A stretch of 63,883 bases of DNA, filler included, from Parasitella parasitica NRRL 2501 (taxonomy: Eukaryota > Fungi > Mucoromycota), in NCBI GenBank assembly GCA_025201805.1. It is 7 parts of 7 records of this genome, joined end to end, with 100 filler letters (N's around TTAATTAATTAA, not from the genome) between each part and the next. Parts side by side here need not be neighbours in the genome. Positions count along the whole stretch, not along the records: positions 29,385 to 44,690 come from MU619373.1; positions 44,791 to 53,368 come from MU619473.1; 5 more parts are not named here. One strand, given 5' to 3'. The notes beneath the pieces were generated by a model. The model saw only the letters and a program-made list of their open reading frames with translations. It was not told where the DNA came from and did no database searches. Below, piece by piece: positions 41,447 through 53,468 of this stretch. Position numbers and translations under genes: made by a program. The stretch's first letter is position 1; each line of letters opens with the position of its first letter.

Positions 41447-42922
41447 CTAAGATAGTAAGGACACATGTCGCAAGATATCAATATCTTTGTACACAGCTTG
41501 TCGGCCATGACAATGCGACTGAAATGAAATTACAGCAGATCGTGTGTCTTTTTGTATATCAGTGTGCAGGCTGTCAGCGCCAGAAGCGCAAATCATAAAG
41601 AACGGCAGTTTTAGTTTTTGCTGTGGTTTAGCAGAAATTGATGATTGTGATTGATTTCTGCCGACAAGATTACGAATTTGGACATGCTTTGTTTTGAGAA
41701 TATGTAGGTTGGCACAGTTTAGAAAACAAGAGTGTATCACAAACACAAAAAGCAAAACTTACCTTTTCTAGCTTACTGTTGACTGAACTACGCAGCATCT
41801 GGAGGGACCCCAGCAATTGCCTTGAGCGAAGCTACATGTAAGATGGTGGAGCTGTTTAGAAACACCACTCGGGTTGCGCCACACGTAGAATACAACTCAC
41901 CTCCTCTGCTTTGATTAGGTTCAGCAGCTCTGATCTATCTTGATCTTTGTTGTGCTGTCTGTAACAATCTGGGATTCCAAGCCATTTAATCACTTTTTTA
42001 TCCTTGGCAATGATGTTCATTGCCATCAGCACATTCAATGCGTCATATACACGACGACGGATATTCTTTTGGTCATACGCCTGTTTCTACATATTCGAAG
42101 AGTGTTAGTTGATCAATTGCGACGCTGCTAATAATAACTACACAGTACTTGCTGTCCATCCGCTGTAGCATGTTGTTGGATATCGAATGTTAATTCATCT
42201 GCAACCTCGTTGTAGGTCGTGATGCCTTTTTTAGCAACTTTGTCACACACTTGTTTGCTGAAATGGCGTAGACCTTTTGCTGCACGCGTAGATTCATTGC
42301 GAGCCATAGTATTTGATACTGGGGATCGACAGGCCTGTTTAACACAGTCCAAGGTATCAATGCGCTGCTTTTTATGGGCAACAACTATATCATCGATAGG
42401 GACTGCAGACGACGGTCTTGGTCTTTTCGAGGAGTAGTTGTCAAAGAAATGAGATTGGTAGTTGCATTTACTCTCTTCTTCATCGAGCTGCTTCAACTCA
42501 GGGTCTGAGTTGAGTAATAAAGCGATCGAGCCCTTTCTACGACTAGACGAATTCAACAGATCCTCTTCGTCGGAAACAGAAGGTGTGGATGGTGATTCGA
42601 TAGAGGATGCTGGAGAAGACGAGTAATAACAGCTGGAGGGTGGAGATGAAGGACTGGATGTGGGCGTATTCAAGAATACTACATTTTGGATAGGTGGCAA
42701 GCAGCATTCGTCTTGCTGTTGATATAATAATGGCCGCAATTCGTTTGTGGAACCAATGTTGGAAACCAGGCTGCGATTACAACACTTTGATGATGGCGAA
42801 GGGGCTCGGTCCAACATGAAAGCTGGCATCTTACTGGTCGATTGGCGATTTGAGATGGGTGGCGATGGCAAGGACGATATCATCGCTGCATTATTATTGT
42901 TGCTGAATACTGATGAAGTCAT
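41447..42922 (-). CDS. DP-family (E2F dimerisation partner) transcription factor
   Basis: [14 protein letters not shown]...[34 protein letters not shown], and a C-terminal DP domain (NLVGRN, LPF, DIDIL). Confidence 0.92.
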
Positions 42923-43336
42923 ATTTTGTTATTTAATACTGTGAATGGCTACAATAAGAACAATTTCGATGAGAAGAGAACCTTTTTTTTTTTTACTTTT
43001 GTATTATTAAACAGTATACACATACACTGTAGATGATGCTAAATAAAAAAGACTGCTTGAAAACGAAGGGTGGGGTTTTTTTAGTAAGGAAAGTAGTGGG
43101 TAGAGCGCTCGTAAATGAGTGTTAAAGGTGAATCTTTGTAGACAAAAAATAAACAAATAAAGGATAGTTGGATAAAGAGAAGGAAGAGAGAAGAAGAAGA
43201 AAAAAGTAAAACAAGAGAGGCTATACTACCATAATAAATATAAGGTTGTTGCATGTAGTCTGTAAACAGTAAATATCAGCAAGCTATGTGAGTTCCCTCG
43301 TTATAACATGGCTAATGCTGTAGCGCTTCTTTTTTA

Positions 43337-44690
43337 TCTCTTATATTAAAATGATAGAAATCGTAAAAAACAGTCCTCAGCGCTTAAAATTGAATCGTAA
43401 AAAACAGTCCTCAGCGCTTAAAAATGAATCGTAAAAAACAGTCATACTCTTAAAAAAAAAAAATAATAGACGTTTTAACGTCTAACAATTTCTTTTAAAA
43501 CAAAAAAACAAACATCGAACAATCTCTATATTTTTTATTTTCGAACCAATATAAGTGGTATGGAATAGGGGGGGGGGGGGGTTTTTTCGAAAAGCTAATT
43601 CAAAGCAGATTAAACTTTCTTAGATTTCGTAATTTTGATCATAATGAGTGAAACCAATGTTGTATTTTGTGCCTCATGTAATGAACCAGGACATTCACGT
43701 CGATCTTCACGCCTTTGCAGGCTTAACCCAAACAACGAAACAACAAATGAAGATGTCATAATGGAAGAAGCTCACGGATTGCGATGTGCTTCATGCAATG
43801 AGACAGGGCATCTCAGACGATCTTCACGCTTTTGCAGGCTTAACCCAAACAACGATACAACAAGTGAAGATGTCATAATGGAAGAAGCTCATGGATTGCG
43901 ATGTGCTTCGTGCAATGAGACAGGGCATCTCCGACGATCATCTAGGCAATGCCGACTTAATCCTGCGTTTGGAGGCAATGACAACACATTAAGATCCACG
44001 TTGAACATCGCGAAGAACCCTGATGCAGTGCAATCTGTTCGAGATGATCAAGGTCTAATGGAGCATTCGTGTACCCATTGCGGCGCTCTCATGTGGATTA
44101 ACGAAAGGACTGGAAAATCGTCTGTTTCTTCTCCCTTATTTCATTTATGTTGCAACTCGGGCGAAACTATTTTAGGACCATGGAAAGCAACTCCACCAGA
44201 GATTTCTAACTTGCTTTGTGGAAATGATGCTCTGTCGAAAGAGTTTAGAAAAAACATAAGGTCGTACAATAGTTCCTTAAGTTTTACTTCTCTGGGTGTT
44301 AATCTTGATCTCAACTTGGCCAACCAAAGAAATGGATCTTACACTTTTCGTATTCAAGGAAGTGCTTATCATTTGATTGGATCTGCATTGCCCCAAAACG
44401 GAGAGAGACCGAAATTCGCTCAGATTTATATTTATGACGCTGCAGAGGAATTAAGTAACAGACATGCCGTAGCTCCACATCTGTCTAGCACAACTCTAGA
44501 TTGTTTACAACGTATGATGCACAGATTGAATCCTCATGTGCAACATTTTAAGAGTATGATTGAAATCGCCAATGAACAAAGGGGAAGAGCAGCCAATCAA
44601 GCGGGAACCAGCATTGATGACCTTGAGGAGATTAAGATGGTATTTAGAGCTGAAGGATTACCAGATCGTAGACGATACAATAGACCGACG
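43337..44690 (+). mobile_element. Helitron 5' portion (RepHel N-terminus), truncated by a gap
   Basis: A|TC start (tctcttatatt), 34-bp subterminal tandem repeat. ORF 43635-44690 has CTHCGALMW..ER, LCCNSG, IRSYNSSLSFTSLG, FRIQG and PKFAQIYIYD. Confidence 0.9.
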
Positions 44691-45453
44691 NNNNNNNNNN
44701 NNNNNNNNNNNNNNNNNNNNNNNNNNNNNNNNNNTTAATTAATTAANNNNNNNNNNNNNNNNNNNNNNNNNNNNNNNNNNNNNNNNNNNNATCTGATTTG
44801 TTTTTTTTTGGCGCTCCCATACCGTTAGCAATTAGCAGAAAGTACGGTGTTGATGTGGAGGCTATTAATATCTCTAGAAGAATAATGGGTGATGGAGATC
44901 AAGATGAATAATAAGTAACGAAATAAAATTACTAGTCGCGGCAGTTGTACTCAAAGTCTACCAACTTCAACAAGGCAAAAAAAAAAAAAGACCAGGCCGC
45001 CCGCCAGGGCAAACTACACTTTATAAATTATTGCTTCTTAAACTCATATCCATGGTATAATATAATCCCGACCTTTTGCTTTTTGGTAGAATTCAATAAA
45101 ACAAATCATACAAAGCGTCTGTGAAGTAATATAGCTATCATAATGTTTGTATTTTAAATGCTGACGTCTTGTAACTATATATATTCTTGTATAGCAATTA
45201 TTCGTATATATCATGACATCAATAAAACTCTTTCCTTGCGTATTACTAGCTGACAGATTTTTTCCTCTAACAAAAAACAGATACACGACAGGGATATCCC
45301 CTCGTCGTTATTTTTCCTCTTGTTTTTTGGCAGGTTAACTACGTGTTTTATTAAACATCTGGCTGTTTTAATTACCAGAAGCCATTTCATAATAATAACT
45401 GATCTGAATTCATTGATATAGAATTTTTTTTGAGTATTTTCCTATCCAAGTGA

Positions 45454-45715
45454 TGATTTATCAGAAAAGTTTAATAGAAATTAATCAGGTAAAGATCCGC
45501 TTATTACATTCAAAAATGGAGTGTTTATATACTTTCTATAAAAACTGAGGAAAGTAATGTGAAGATAGAGGTTTTAGTGATGAGATCTGGGAGATAATAG
45601 GCTAGATTGTATCTATCCCAAATGTCATGTCATATTATTTTATTATGATCTGATGTTTTATTCTTCTGTATGAGTTTATATTATATTGACATCCGGTTTT
45701 AGATTTGATACATCA
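45454..45715 (-). mobile_element. Solo LTR, family B
   Basis: Reverse complement of 1491-1745; flanks AGTGA/ATTGG match only partly. Confidence 0.85.
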
Positions 45716-45969
45716 ATTGGTGTTGAATCATATTATTGCTGATATGTCGATAATTTTGCGGATATAAATATATTTAAGATTATATATTTGGGTCATCTTT
45801 AAAAAGTGAAACTGTATTTACACTTGTTTACTTGATATTTCAATAAGAACTAAATGAAAGAATCTTCCTTTACCAAGCGCATCAAAGATGTGGAACCATA
45901 GTGGATGTCAATGCTCTGCTGTTACATAACATAGATCAAAATGCTAGTCGAACTGAAAGTATGAATGTT

Positions 45970-46620
45970 CTTTACTCGCCTAAGCACCCACCTATAGCGC
46001 CTTCGAATATGGCTGCGGAAGGCGACTTGTTTTCGGGTTCCATTAAAAAACGGGTGGTTATTCCATGAGTTTCTATTTTCTCTTTACTAACACCTGAAAA
46101 CATCTACAAGAACGTGACTAAAGGACCGGCTATGCATGTGTACAGATCCAACCTGGTTACTCGGAGTCGGCTCCCTTGTAAAGCTAACCCTTGAAATAAT
46201 GTGAAGCAGTGTTTGTCCAACACAAACATCGGGTGAAAGGCTCTGCCCTACCATCCGAGTAACCTTATGCTCACATTTTTCGAACATTATAGGGTTTAGG
46301 GGAAGATCTACCGCTCGTGTTCTGTCTGCCAGCCGGAAAAAACTCGAGGGAAATGAAGGTAGGCTTTTCCCTGGAGACATATGGCTCGCAGATTGGAGCT
46401 GATGTTAGTAAATGCACTTAAGTAGGCGGGCAGCACTAGTACTAGTTAGGGTTTACTAAAAAGAACAATTCAACTTGTTCCACTCCTAACGTTAGATAGA
46501 TAGCGCGTTTGGTCCTCCATGTCGGTAAATGTGGGAAGTAATTACCCTTTGCAGCTGGTGTTTTGAGTTCTGGGGGCTGCAATCAGATGTGCACTCACCT
46601 TCTCGCGGTTGATTGTGTTA
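45970..46620 (+). ncRNA. Candidate large structured RNA with nested helices and two pseudoknots, identity unknown
   Basis: More than ten complementary segment pairs; G-U pairs consistently favour the + strand; higher GC than the flanks; no credible ORF. Confidence 0.55.
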
Positions 46621-46851
46621 GTATTATGGTACATGTACTATAAGAACTAAGAAGTGCATAGTTATGTAGTTTTATACTGTTGCTTTATATTAATAAAGAT
46701 TGTATTTTTTTTAACTGTAAAAACAAAATTGAAGTGAATAGCTCACCAAAGATAACCTTGAGACCATTTCTGAAATACAGTATAATATGATATATCAGGC
46801 ATACAATCAGACATATAATCTTCAGCGGATGTCACATAGCAAATAAATCAA

Positions 46852-46930
46852 ATAATTAAATACATTATATTCATCATGTTGAGACACTCAGATAATTAGA
46901 TACATTATATTCATCATATTGAGACACTCA
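46852..46930. repeat. 40-bp tandem repeat x2
   Basis: ataattaratacattatattcatcatrttgagacactca occurs twice. Confidence 0.9.
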
Positions 46931-47049
46931 ATACAACAGCTGTAGTATCAACTGCTTTCAATGTACTTCATTTGAGCAGCAATTTACTGTAAAATAAACT
47001 CATTCCGATAAAATGTGTAGTCTATAGGCATGTTTAACTAACAATTGCG

Positions 47050-49167
47050 TATCTTACGTTGTTTCCATGTGCTTTTTTTTTTTTTTTTTTTTAATCACCA
47101 ACTCTTTAACTGGCCAATATCCATTTCTTCCAGAGGTCTTTGACTGAGGATATTTCACGAGCCATTGTGTAAATAGAAACACCGCCAGCAGTGTACTGAA
47201 GATGGTCTGGCAGAGTTGCGGTTGGGATAGCACAAGGTGATAAACATGGGCTGGTGATTGGTACGTTGTTGCCGCTGACGATATCCAGAATGCGTTGCTG
47301 GAATAGCTGGGCTTCCTTGTGTGCAGCTTTTTGCTTCTCACTAATTTCAGTCATTCCAGCATTGATTAGCCTTTTGATTTCTTCAAGCTGCTGCAGAATC
47401 TCGAGGGCAACGCCACTGATGTTCAGAGAGTCCGGCTCTTTATCAGCATCTAAATGAGCATCCACTTTTCTGTAGGAAGAGAACATTTTAGATGCAGGAT
47501 CTCGGAAAGCAACTATCATAAAAACTTGCTTTTTAAAATCAGCAAACAGTTGCGTCTCAAAGATCTCGTGCCTCCAGATTGGATGGTCGGGTATCAGGTT
47601 CATCATAGCAGCCGCGTTGTCTTGAAGCATTTTATAAGCATTAGGAATTTTACTGCCGAGCCAGAGCTTTGTTTGACTGAATCGGTGGAGACCAGCTCAG
47701 ACCAGTAGTCAGCCATCGGGAAAACCAAGTCTCTCAACTCTTGGCTGGGCTCCTCAATAGCCCTTGGTATATGATAGGCGGCATCGTTGTCAAACCTGGC
47801 AATGGCTCTCATGAACTGGCAAGGTATTGTGTTTAGATATGACTTTGTCATGACATCAGTGCCCCACTTGCCCATTCTTTGGATTTGCGCCGCAGGAATA
47901 CCAAAGAGATCAGCCATTTGCGTGGCACAAATAGGAGGAGCGTGCGTAACCTTTCCTGCAATAAAGACACCAGCACGGTGAAAAGCCTCTCTCATGAACC
48001 TAGTTTGAGTGGCACTTGAGATTGGTGTTTCCCAGTGGCTACTGTACACTCTTCTTAGTAGTTGCGTTCGTCGCTAGAAGAGTCATATTCAACATCTTCA
48101 GTAGTAGCATCAATGTTGATAATTGTGAATTCAACCTATACAGTGCGTTGTAACGTTACCTTTTACAGTTGCTGACTGTAGCTTCGCGCCATGGGTTACC
48201 TTAATGTTGAACCAGTCTTTGCTGCTATCCATGTTTGGAAAGTCTTCTTTTTCGTGATGCCATCTCCAGAAAAACTGGAAACTGAGGGCCATGAAAGGAC
48301 AAATATCGACCATTTTATTCCGCATACAAGCGCCAGACTTGGTCTTGCCATCCTTGTTGCGCTTACCCTGATTGAAGATAAAGACAATAGAAGGGTATGT
48401 ACCCACAGCGTTTACCTTGTGAAGTTCCATATATTGTAGATCCGAGAACTCCAGGTTCTTTATGGATTCTCCGCGAAGCAGCAAGAAACGTTGCAGCAGA
48501 AATGAAGTTGCATTTGTAAACCGAAGCTTGTAGTTTTGCTGAGAATTATTGTGCATTCATCGAGCTATCAACGCAACTTTCATGTTGGTCGAGTAACCGT
48601 TCGATAGATAGTTAGCTGCGCGGTCCATATAATTGTCTCTATTTTCCTTTGATTGTCTTTGTCGAACCCACTTAAGAAACTGAGAAACTGTTTTCGTTCT
48701 GGGAGATTCATTGGTATTGCTGCCCAAAAGTCGTTGATAGTCCATGTTGACGATTGCAGAGATCTATACATTGCAAGTGCTGTGGGAAAGCTTTTTGTTT
48801 GTGGAAGAAATCGCATTCTCCAAGATCTCCGTATTCACTGCTGATTCTTTGTTTGATTCGTCGATATAGGTTTTTCCAGCTTTACAAAGTGTACGTTCTA
48901 CCACCTTTAATAGCATAAAACATCATTAGCTGCGTGTATACGCATATCATTCATATTTACCGATTCCAAAAGAAATGCAAGTAGCTTTCCACCCGTAACT
49001 TGAAAATGAGAGACAAGCGGATGAACAACGTAGACTTTTTTATAAAACAAAAGGAACTCTACCAGCTTATTGCAATAGGCTAAAGAGGTATTGATTCCAC
49101 GAGCTTTCTGGATTTCTCTGTATGCCAATTTGCTAATGCTAGCTTCATATTCAGCTATCATAGACTC
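47050..49167 (-). mobile_element. Decayed Crypton-type tyrosine-recombinase transposon (Ndc10-II-like YR plus GCR1_C domain)
   Basis: LLRGESI, QGKRN, CMRNK.VDICP..AL, KVTHA...MGKW...M..SYL..IP..FMR.IA.F, YTMAREISSVKDLWKKW; frameshifts and stops. Confidence 0.85.
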
Positions 49168-49578
49168 TGTTGGATCAAAAAAAAAGATAATGAAACCAAA
49201 TGTTAACGAGATACGAAACTTAACAATACTTTATTTAAGACCGAAATTGCATCTGCTATTTATACTTTTTACAGCTACATAAATTTATGGTGACTTAATT
49301 AGATTATTAATTGACAAGACTAACTCACAGTGACAATCTACTTGACAAGGCACGATATGAGGTTATACAGCAAGGGCTACACGTCTTTGATCTGACAGTG
49401 TTTTGACCTTCATTCTGGTGCTCAGATCTGTCTTACTTACAGGAATAACCTTCTTGATTTGAAACAGAGACTTTATTCTCCAATTTACACAAGCGTATCA
49501 CATCACACCATTGAACAATCTTCAATCTTCAATTGAAGTACATTGCCATGATCTTCTGTCTATAATTATGGCAGATCA
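49168..49578 (-). mobile_element. Solo LTR, family A, non-matching flanks
   Basis: Close copy of 855-1270; flanks GACTC and TTTTT. Confidence 0.9.
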
Positions 49579-52500
49579 TTTTTCATTTTTGATTACGCAT
49601 ATATATTTGCAAAAAACCCTCGGTATACGAGAACAACAAAGCGTGTTTATTTAGTATATATGAAGTGTATAAGAGCAAAGTTAACAAGAATAAACGCGAG
49701 AAAAAGATGGCAGCAAAAGAGGACACAACACAATAGCAGACGAAAGGCATACAAGATAAAGGCAGCATAAAAATGAAGGTGCATCATAAAGGTAGTGCAC
49801 ATTTTACAAGTTAATAATACTACCAGCATTTTTTGACATGTCCTGATCAAAACCATGGTAGTTACCAATTACATTAAAGTCAAGCTCATTTGACAATGAT
49901 TGCACCAGACCAACTTGCAAAGTGATATCATCAACTGCAATGACCCCATATTTGGGATCAATAATTGGATTTGCTCCAGCTGCGAATTGTTAACTGATTG
50001 GTTTGTTCATGCGAACCAAAGGAATGGATGAATCGTGCGCTGCTGCACGGTGCTGCTTCATCACTTTAACAAATGCCAAAAAGTACGTGTTGTTATTGTA
50101 TTCGTGTTCAAAAAAGAAAAGAACACTTTGTTGAGATCTGCAAGATCGAAATAAGAAAAGTATAATATAAAACGTTGAATTAACGAGATACGAAAACTTG
50201 AGATTACTTTATTGAAGATTCAACTTTGCATCTGCTATTTATACTTTTTGCAACAACATAAATTTTTGGTGACTTATTTAAAATACTAGTCGATAGTAAT
50301 CGATAAGAATAATTTGCAAGCAACATCATATCCTTAACAGGGTACGATATATTATTATACTACAAGGTTATTGATCTTTGATCTGACAGTACCTTATTGT
50401 TTGTCAATCATACAGATCTGTGTTACAGATAACCTTCCTGATTTGAAACAAAGACTTTATTCTCCTGTTTCGACCAGTATAACAACACATCATTGGACAA
50501 TCTCCAATCTTTAATTGAAGTACACTATCATGATCTCCTAACCTACATTATGGCAGATCACACTTCCAACAAATCAACATGAAACTATCTGATTGACGAA
50601 ATTTATGTGATTGCTGTTGAACATCACATGGCGGTTGCCTCGACGATATTCATGGATTTTATCTCTGTATCCTTCTGATACAATAAGAGACGATCTCAGC
50701 AAAACGCGATGAGCAGTGGTGAAATTCAGGCTGATTGGTGGATAGGCAGGCTCTAATCGATTCACAGAATAAATTCGACAGTAGAATTTGGTGATTGCTC
50801 TTTTGATTTTTGGTAATGGCACATTTTGCAGGCTATCTTCAAGACTTCTTCCATCAGCGACGCCAAATGGCGCAAATGGTTCCCACAACTGAGTGCTTGT
50901 TACAGATTGCGGGTGATCCCTATACGAATTATCCGAATATGGTCTTGGTCTTACCCCTTGCAAGAATTCATTCGCATCAAAAGTTCTTTTCAGATGGTTT
51001 CGAATAACCACGACTTCGATCAAATTGGACGCTTGCGCATTGGTACGTACTTTGGCAGTTATAAGATCTCCAAACTTGCCAATACATCTGAATTAATTGT
51101 GTTTTAGTAGAGTCAACTAATGCATGCTCTAGTATGTTTTGTGGCTCACCTCTCCAAGCTTCTTGATAAATACGCTGTGATAGGACCAATTTTACGAATC
51201 ATCCAGGTTACATAGATAATGCTGGACTGGTCGGAAAACAGAAACAAATAGTTGCTTGGCAGCTATTTTTCTTTTGCAATAGTCGTGGAAGGATTGTAAA
51301 CATTCATCAGTTTCGTTCAGACTTCGCTCCGTAAACTCCCATTGCAACGAGAGGCAGATACCTCTGGTCAATTTCATGATGGCTTTTGCTGCTTGTGGAT
51401 CACTTAATTTAGGGAGAAAGAGAGTAGGGATTATATACTGCAAACGAAGTAAATAAGTTTCTAACTGGATTCTTTTTTTTAAATATGAAAAACATACCAA
51501 TGCAATGTCGAGGTAATCAACTGCTCGTGTACCTCTCACTTTTTGTATGACATCTTGAAATGCTCCATGGAATGCCACAGGAATAAACTGCCTTGGTTTT
51601 TCAATCTGTTGCCCAATTTCTTTCAGCTTCAGCTTTGGAATGTAGAAAGGATAGCTTTCAACTTCGAAATCACCACTTTCGTATTTGTGAAAAAACTTTG
51701 TGTTGCTTGTTGAAAGGTCTACCGTCAGCATTTGCAGCAATTGAGAAGAGACACCTCTACAAAGTAAATGCGTCTCTTCAAGAGAGAACATCTGTGGTCC
51801 AGAGAAAGTAGAGAATTGAGTAAATAAGCTCACGCCGTTATATTCAAGGCTCGAGCTTGCTTCACTATAATCCTCGAGGGTTCTCATTGATGCATTTGAG
51901 TCTGGAAATTAAAGGCCATGGGGCCTCTTATCTGGGTGGACTCCTCGACTGTAACATATTCTACAGCCGTATTCCTAAGAATGGTATGCACAACGACTCC
52001 AATCAAAAACAGCTAAAGGTATCAAAAGTGAAGGAATTAATACAGTAACCTGCAGATACAGTTGAGCGTTGGTTCTGACTAGTATTACCTGGAATATCCC
52101 CACCAGCAATTAGACAATGTGCGCGCAATCTAATCTCCATGTTATCCGGTGTTTTCACAGCCATTGGATTTCAGCCAAGATTACAGATAGGTAAGAGGAA
52201 AAAGAAGCAGGTTCTTCTTGCCTGGAAGAATGTAAAGCTGAATAGAATATTCATTTTTAAAGCGATTGTTGGTATTGTAATTCAAAATCAGAACATGAAT
52301 CATGCTGAAAAGTCTTGAGTCACGCTTATCAATAACAAATCCATCCTTTTGAATACATAGGCCAATATCGTACTCGTTTGTGAAATGCTTAGCTCTAAGA
52401 TTTTGATAATCTTGGCCATCAAACACATCTCGAATGATGACTCGATCTAATGGATCTTCCGGTTGCTCGTCTTCTTCATGTTCAGCACCAAAATTATGTC

Positions 52501-53366
52501 TATATCTCAGTTCTTCTCGGGTCACAGGATTTGCTATCAAACGAGAAAGGACGTCGCCAATAGACATAATTTTCATCGTCGAAAATGGCTTATTGGAATT
52601 TCGGCTGTCAAAGCGATCATGGGAGCAATGGCGGCATTCAGTATCATCGTCCTCCAAATTGTAGAGTTTACAGCCATTTTCACATACATCGTATGAATGA
52701 CCGCTCAAAGTGGACTGCTGCTGCATCATACGCTCAACCTGAGGACCATGAAGGACCTGAGGGTCGCTTTCTAATAAACGAAATTGCTGTTGGTAAGTAT
52801 ACTGCATATATTTACATCCTGTGGTTTTTCTTAACCATACCTCTTGCTAATTTGTCATTGTCCCGGATTGTAGTATTCATCAGTCTTACTATTTTTCGGT
52901 AAGCATCTCTTGGAATACTGAAATATTTGATCTAATCATACAGCTCAATGGAGATTAATTCTGATGTGGAATACCTGTTTGGACCAATATTCTCAATTGA
53001 TCTGCAATCATACACACAAGCTAAATCATCAGAACCATCTTCAATGACACCACTTGTTTTGTATTTTGTATCAACCACCATGGCCAACTTGAGTGATAAA
53101 ATCCTAACTACTGGTGATGCTTTAGCAACTAGGTGTCCAAAATAAGCACCAGTGATTAGATTTTACACACAAAATGTAGAACTCAATCACTCAAACATCG
53201 TAAGCTTCAATTAGAACTCCCTTTTAGTTTTCGCGAACCATTTTCCATTGACGTTATGCTCAAAAAATTGCGATCAGACGTTTATTCATCACTAAACTTT
53301 AAAAACAATCACTAAAAATAGAATAAGTGATTGATTCATCACCAAGCATTTAAGAATATCACTGTG
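49579..53366 (-). mobile_element. Decayed CACTA/CMC-superfamily DNA transposon (Tnp2/transposase_21-like)
   Basis: YDVCENGCKLY...C.HC...RF, IRDVFDG..Y, GDIP, LEETHLL, HYL. Terminus CACAGTG at 53366 with subterminal ATCACTAA-type repeats. Confidence 0.8.
50129..50560 (-). mobile_element. Solo LTR, diverged family A, 5-bp TSD CACTT, inserted in the transposase
   Basis: CACTT at 50124-50128 and 50561-50565; removing the LTR restores FVGSVLFFFEH. Confidence 0.9.
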
Positions 53367-53468
53367 AANNNNNNNNNNNNNNNNNNNNNNNNNNNNNNNN
53401 NNNNNNNNNNNNTTAATTAATTAANNNNNNNNNNNNNNNNNNNNNNNNNNNNNNNNNNNNNNNNNNNN

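Noticed and set aside
44920-45310. Helitron 3' end (GC hairpin near 44998-45010, CTAG near 44933, palindrome near 45285-45308)
   Set aside because: No hairpin is followed by CTRR at the expected spacing, and the region lies beyond a linker gap.
46087-46380. 97-aa minus-strand ORF
   Set aside because: No protein motif; better explained as the antisense of a GC-richer structured region.
46445-46453. Minus-strand telomerase template AACCCTAAC
   Set aside because: G-U pair polarity in the surrounding helices favours the + strand, and I could not find a U-rich/A-rich triple-helix pseudoknot downstream on the minus strand.
46550-46605. Group II intron domain V/VI look-alike (AGC...GTTCTGGGGG)
   Set aside because: Too short for domain V, with no GUGYG start and no terminal AY at the right distance.
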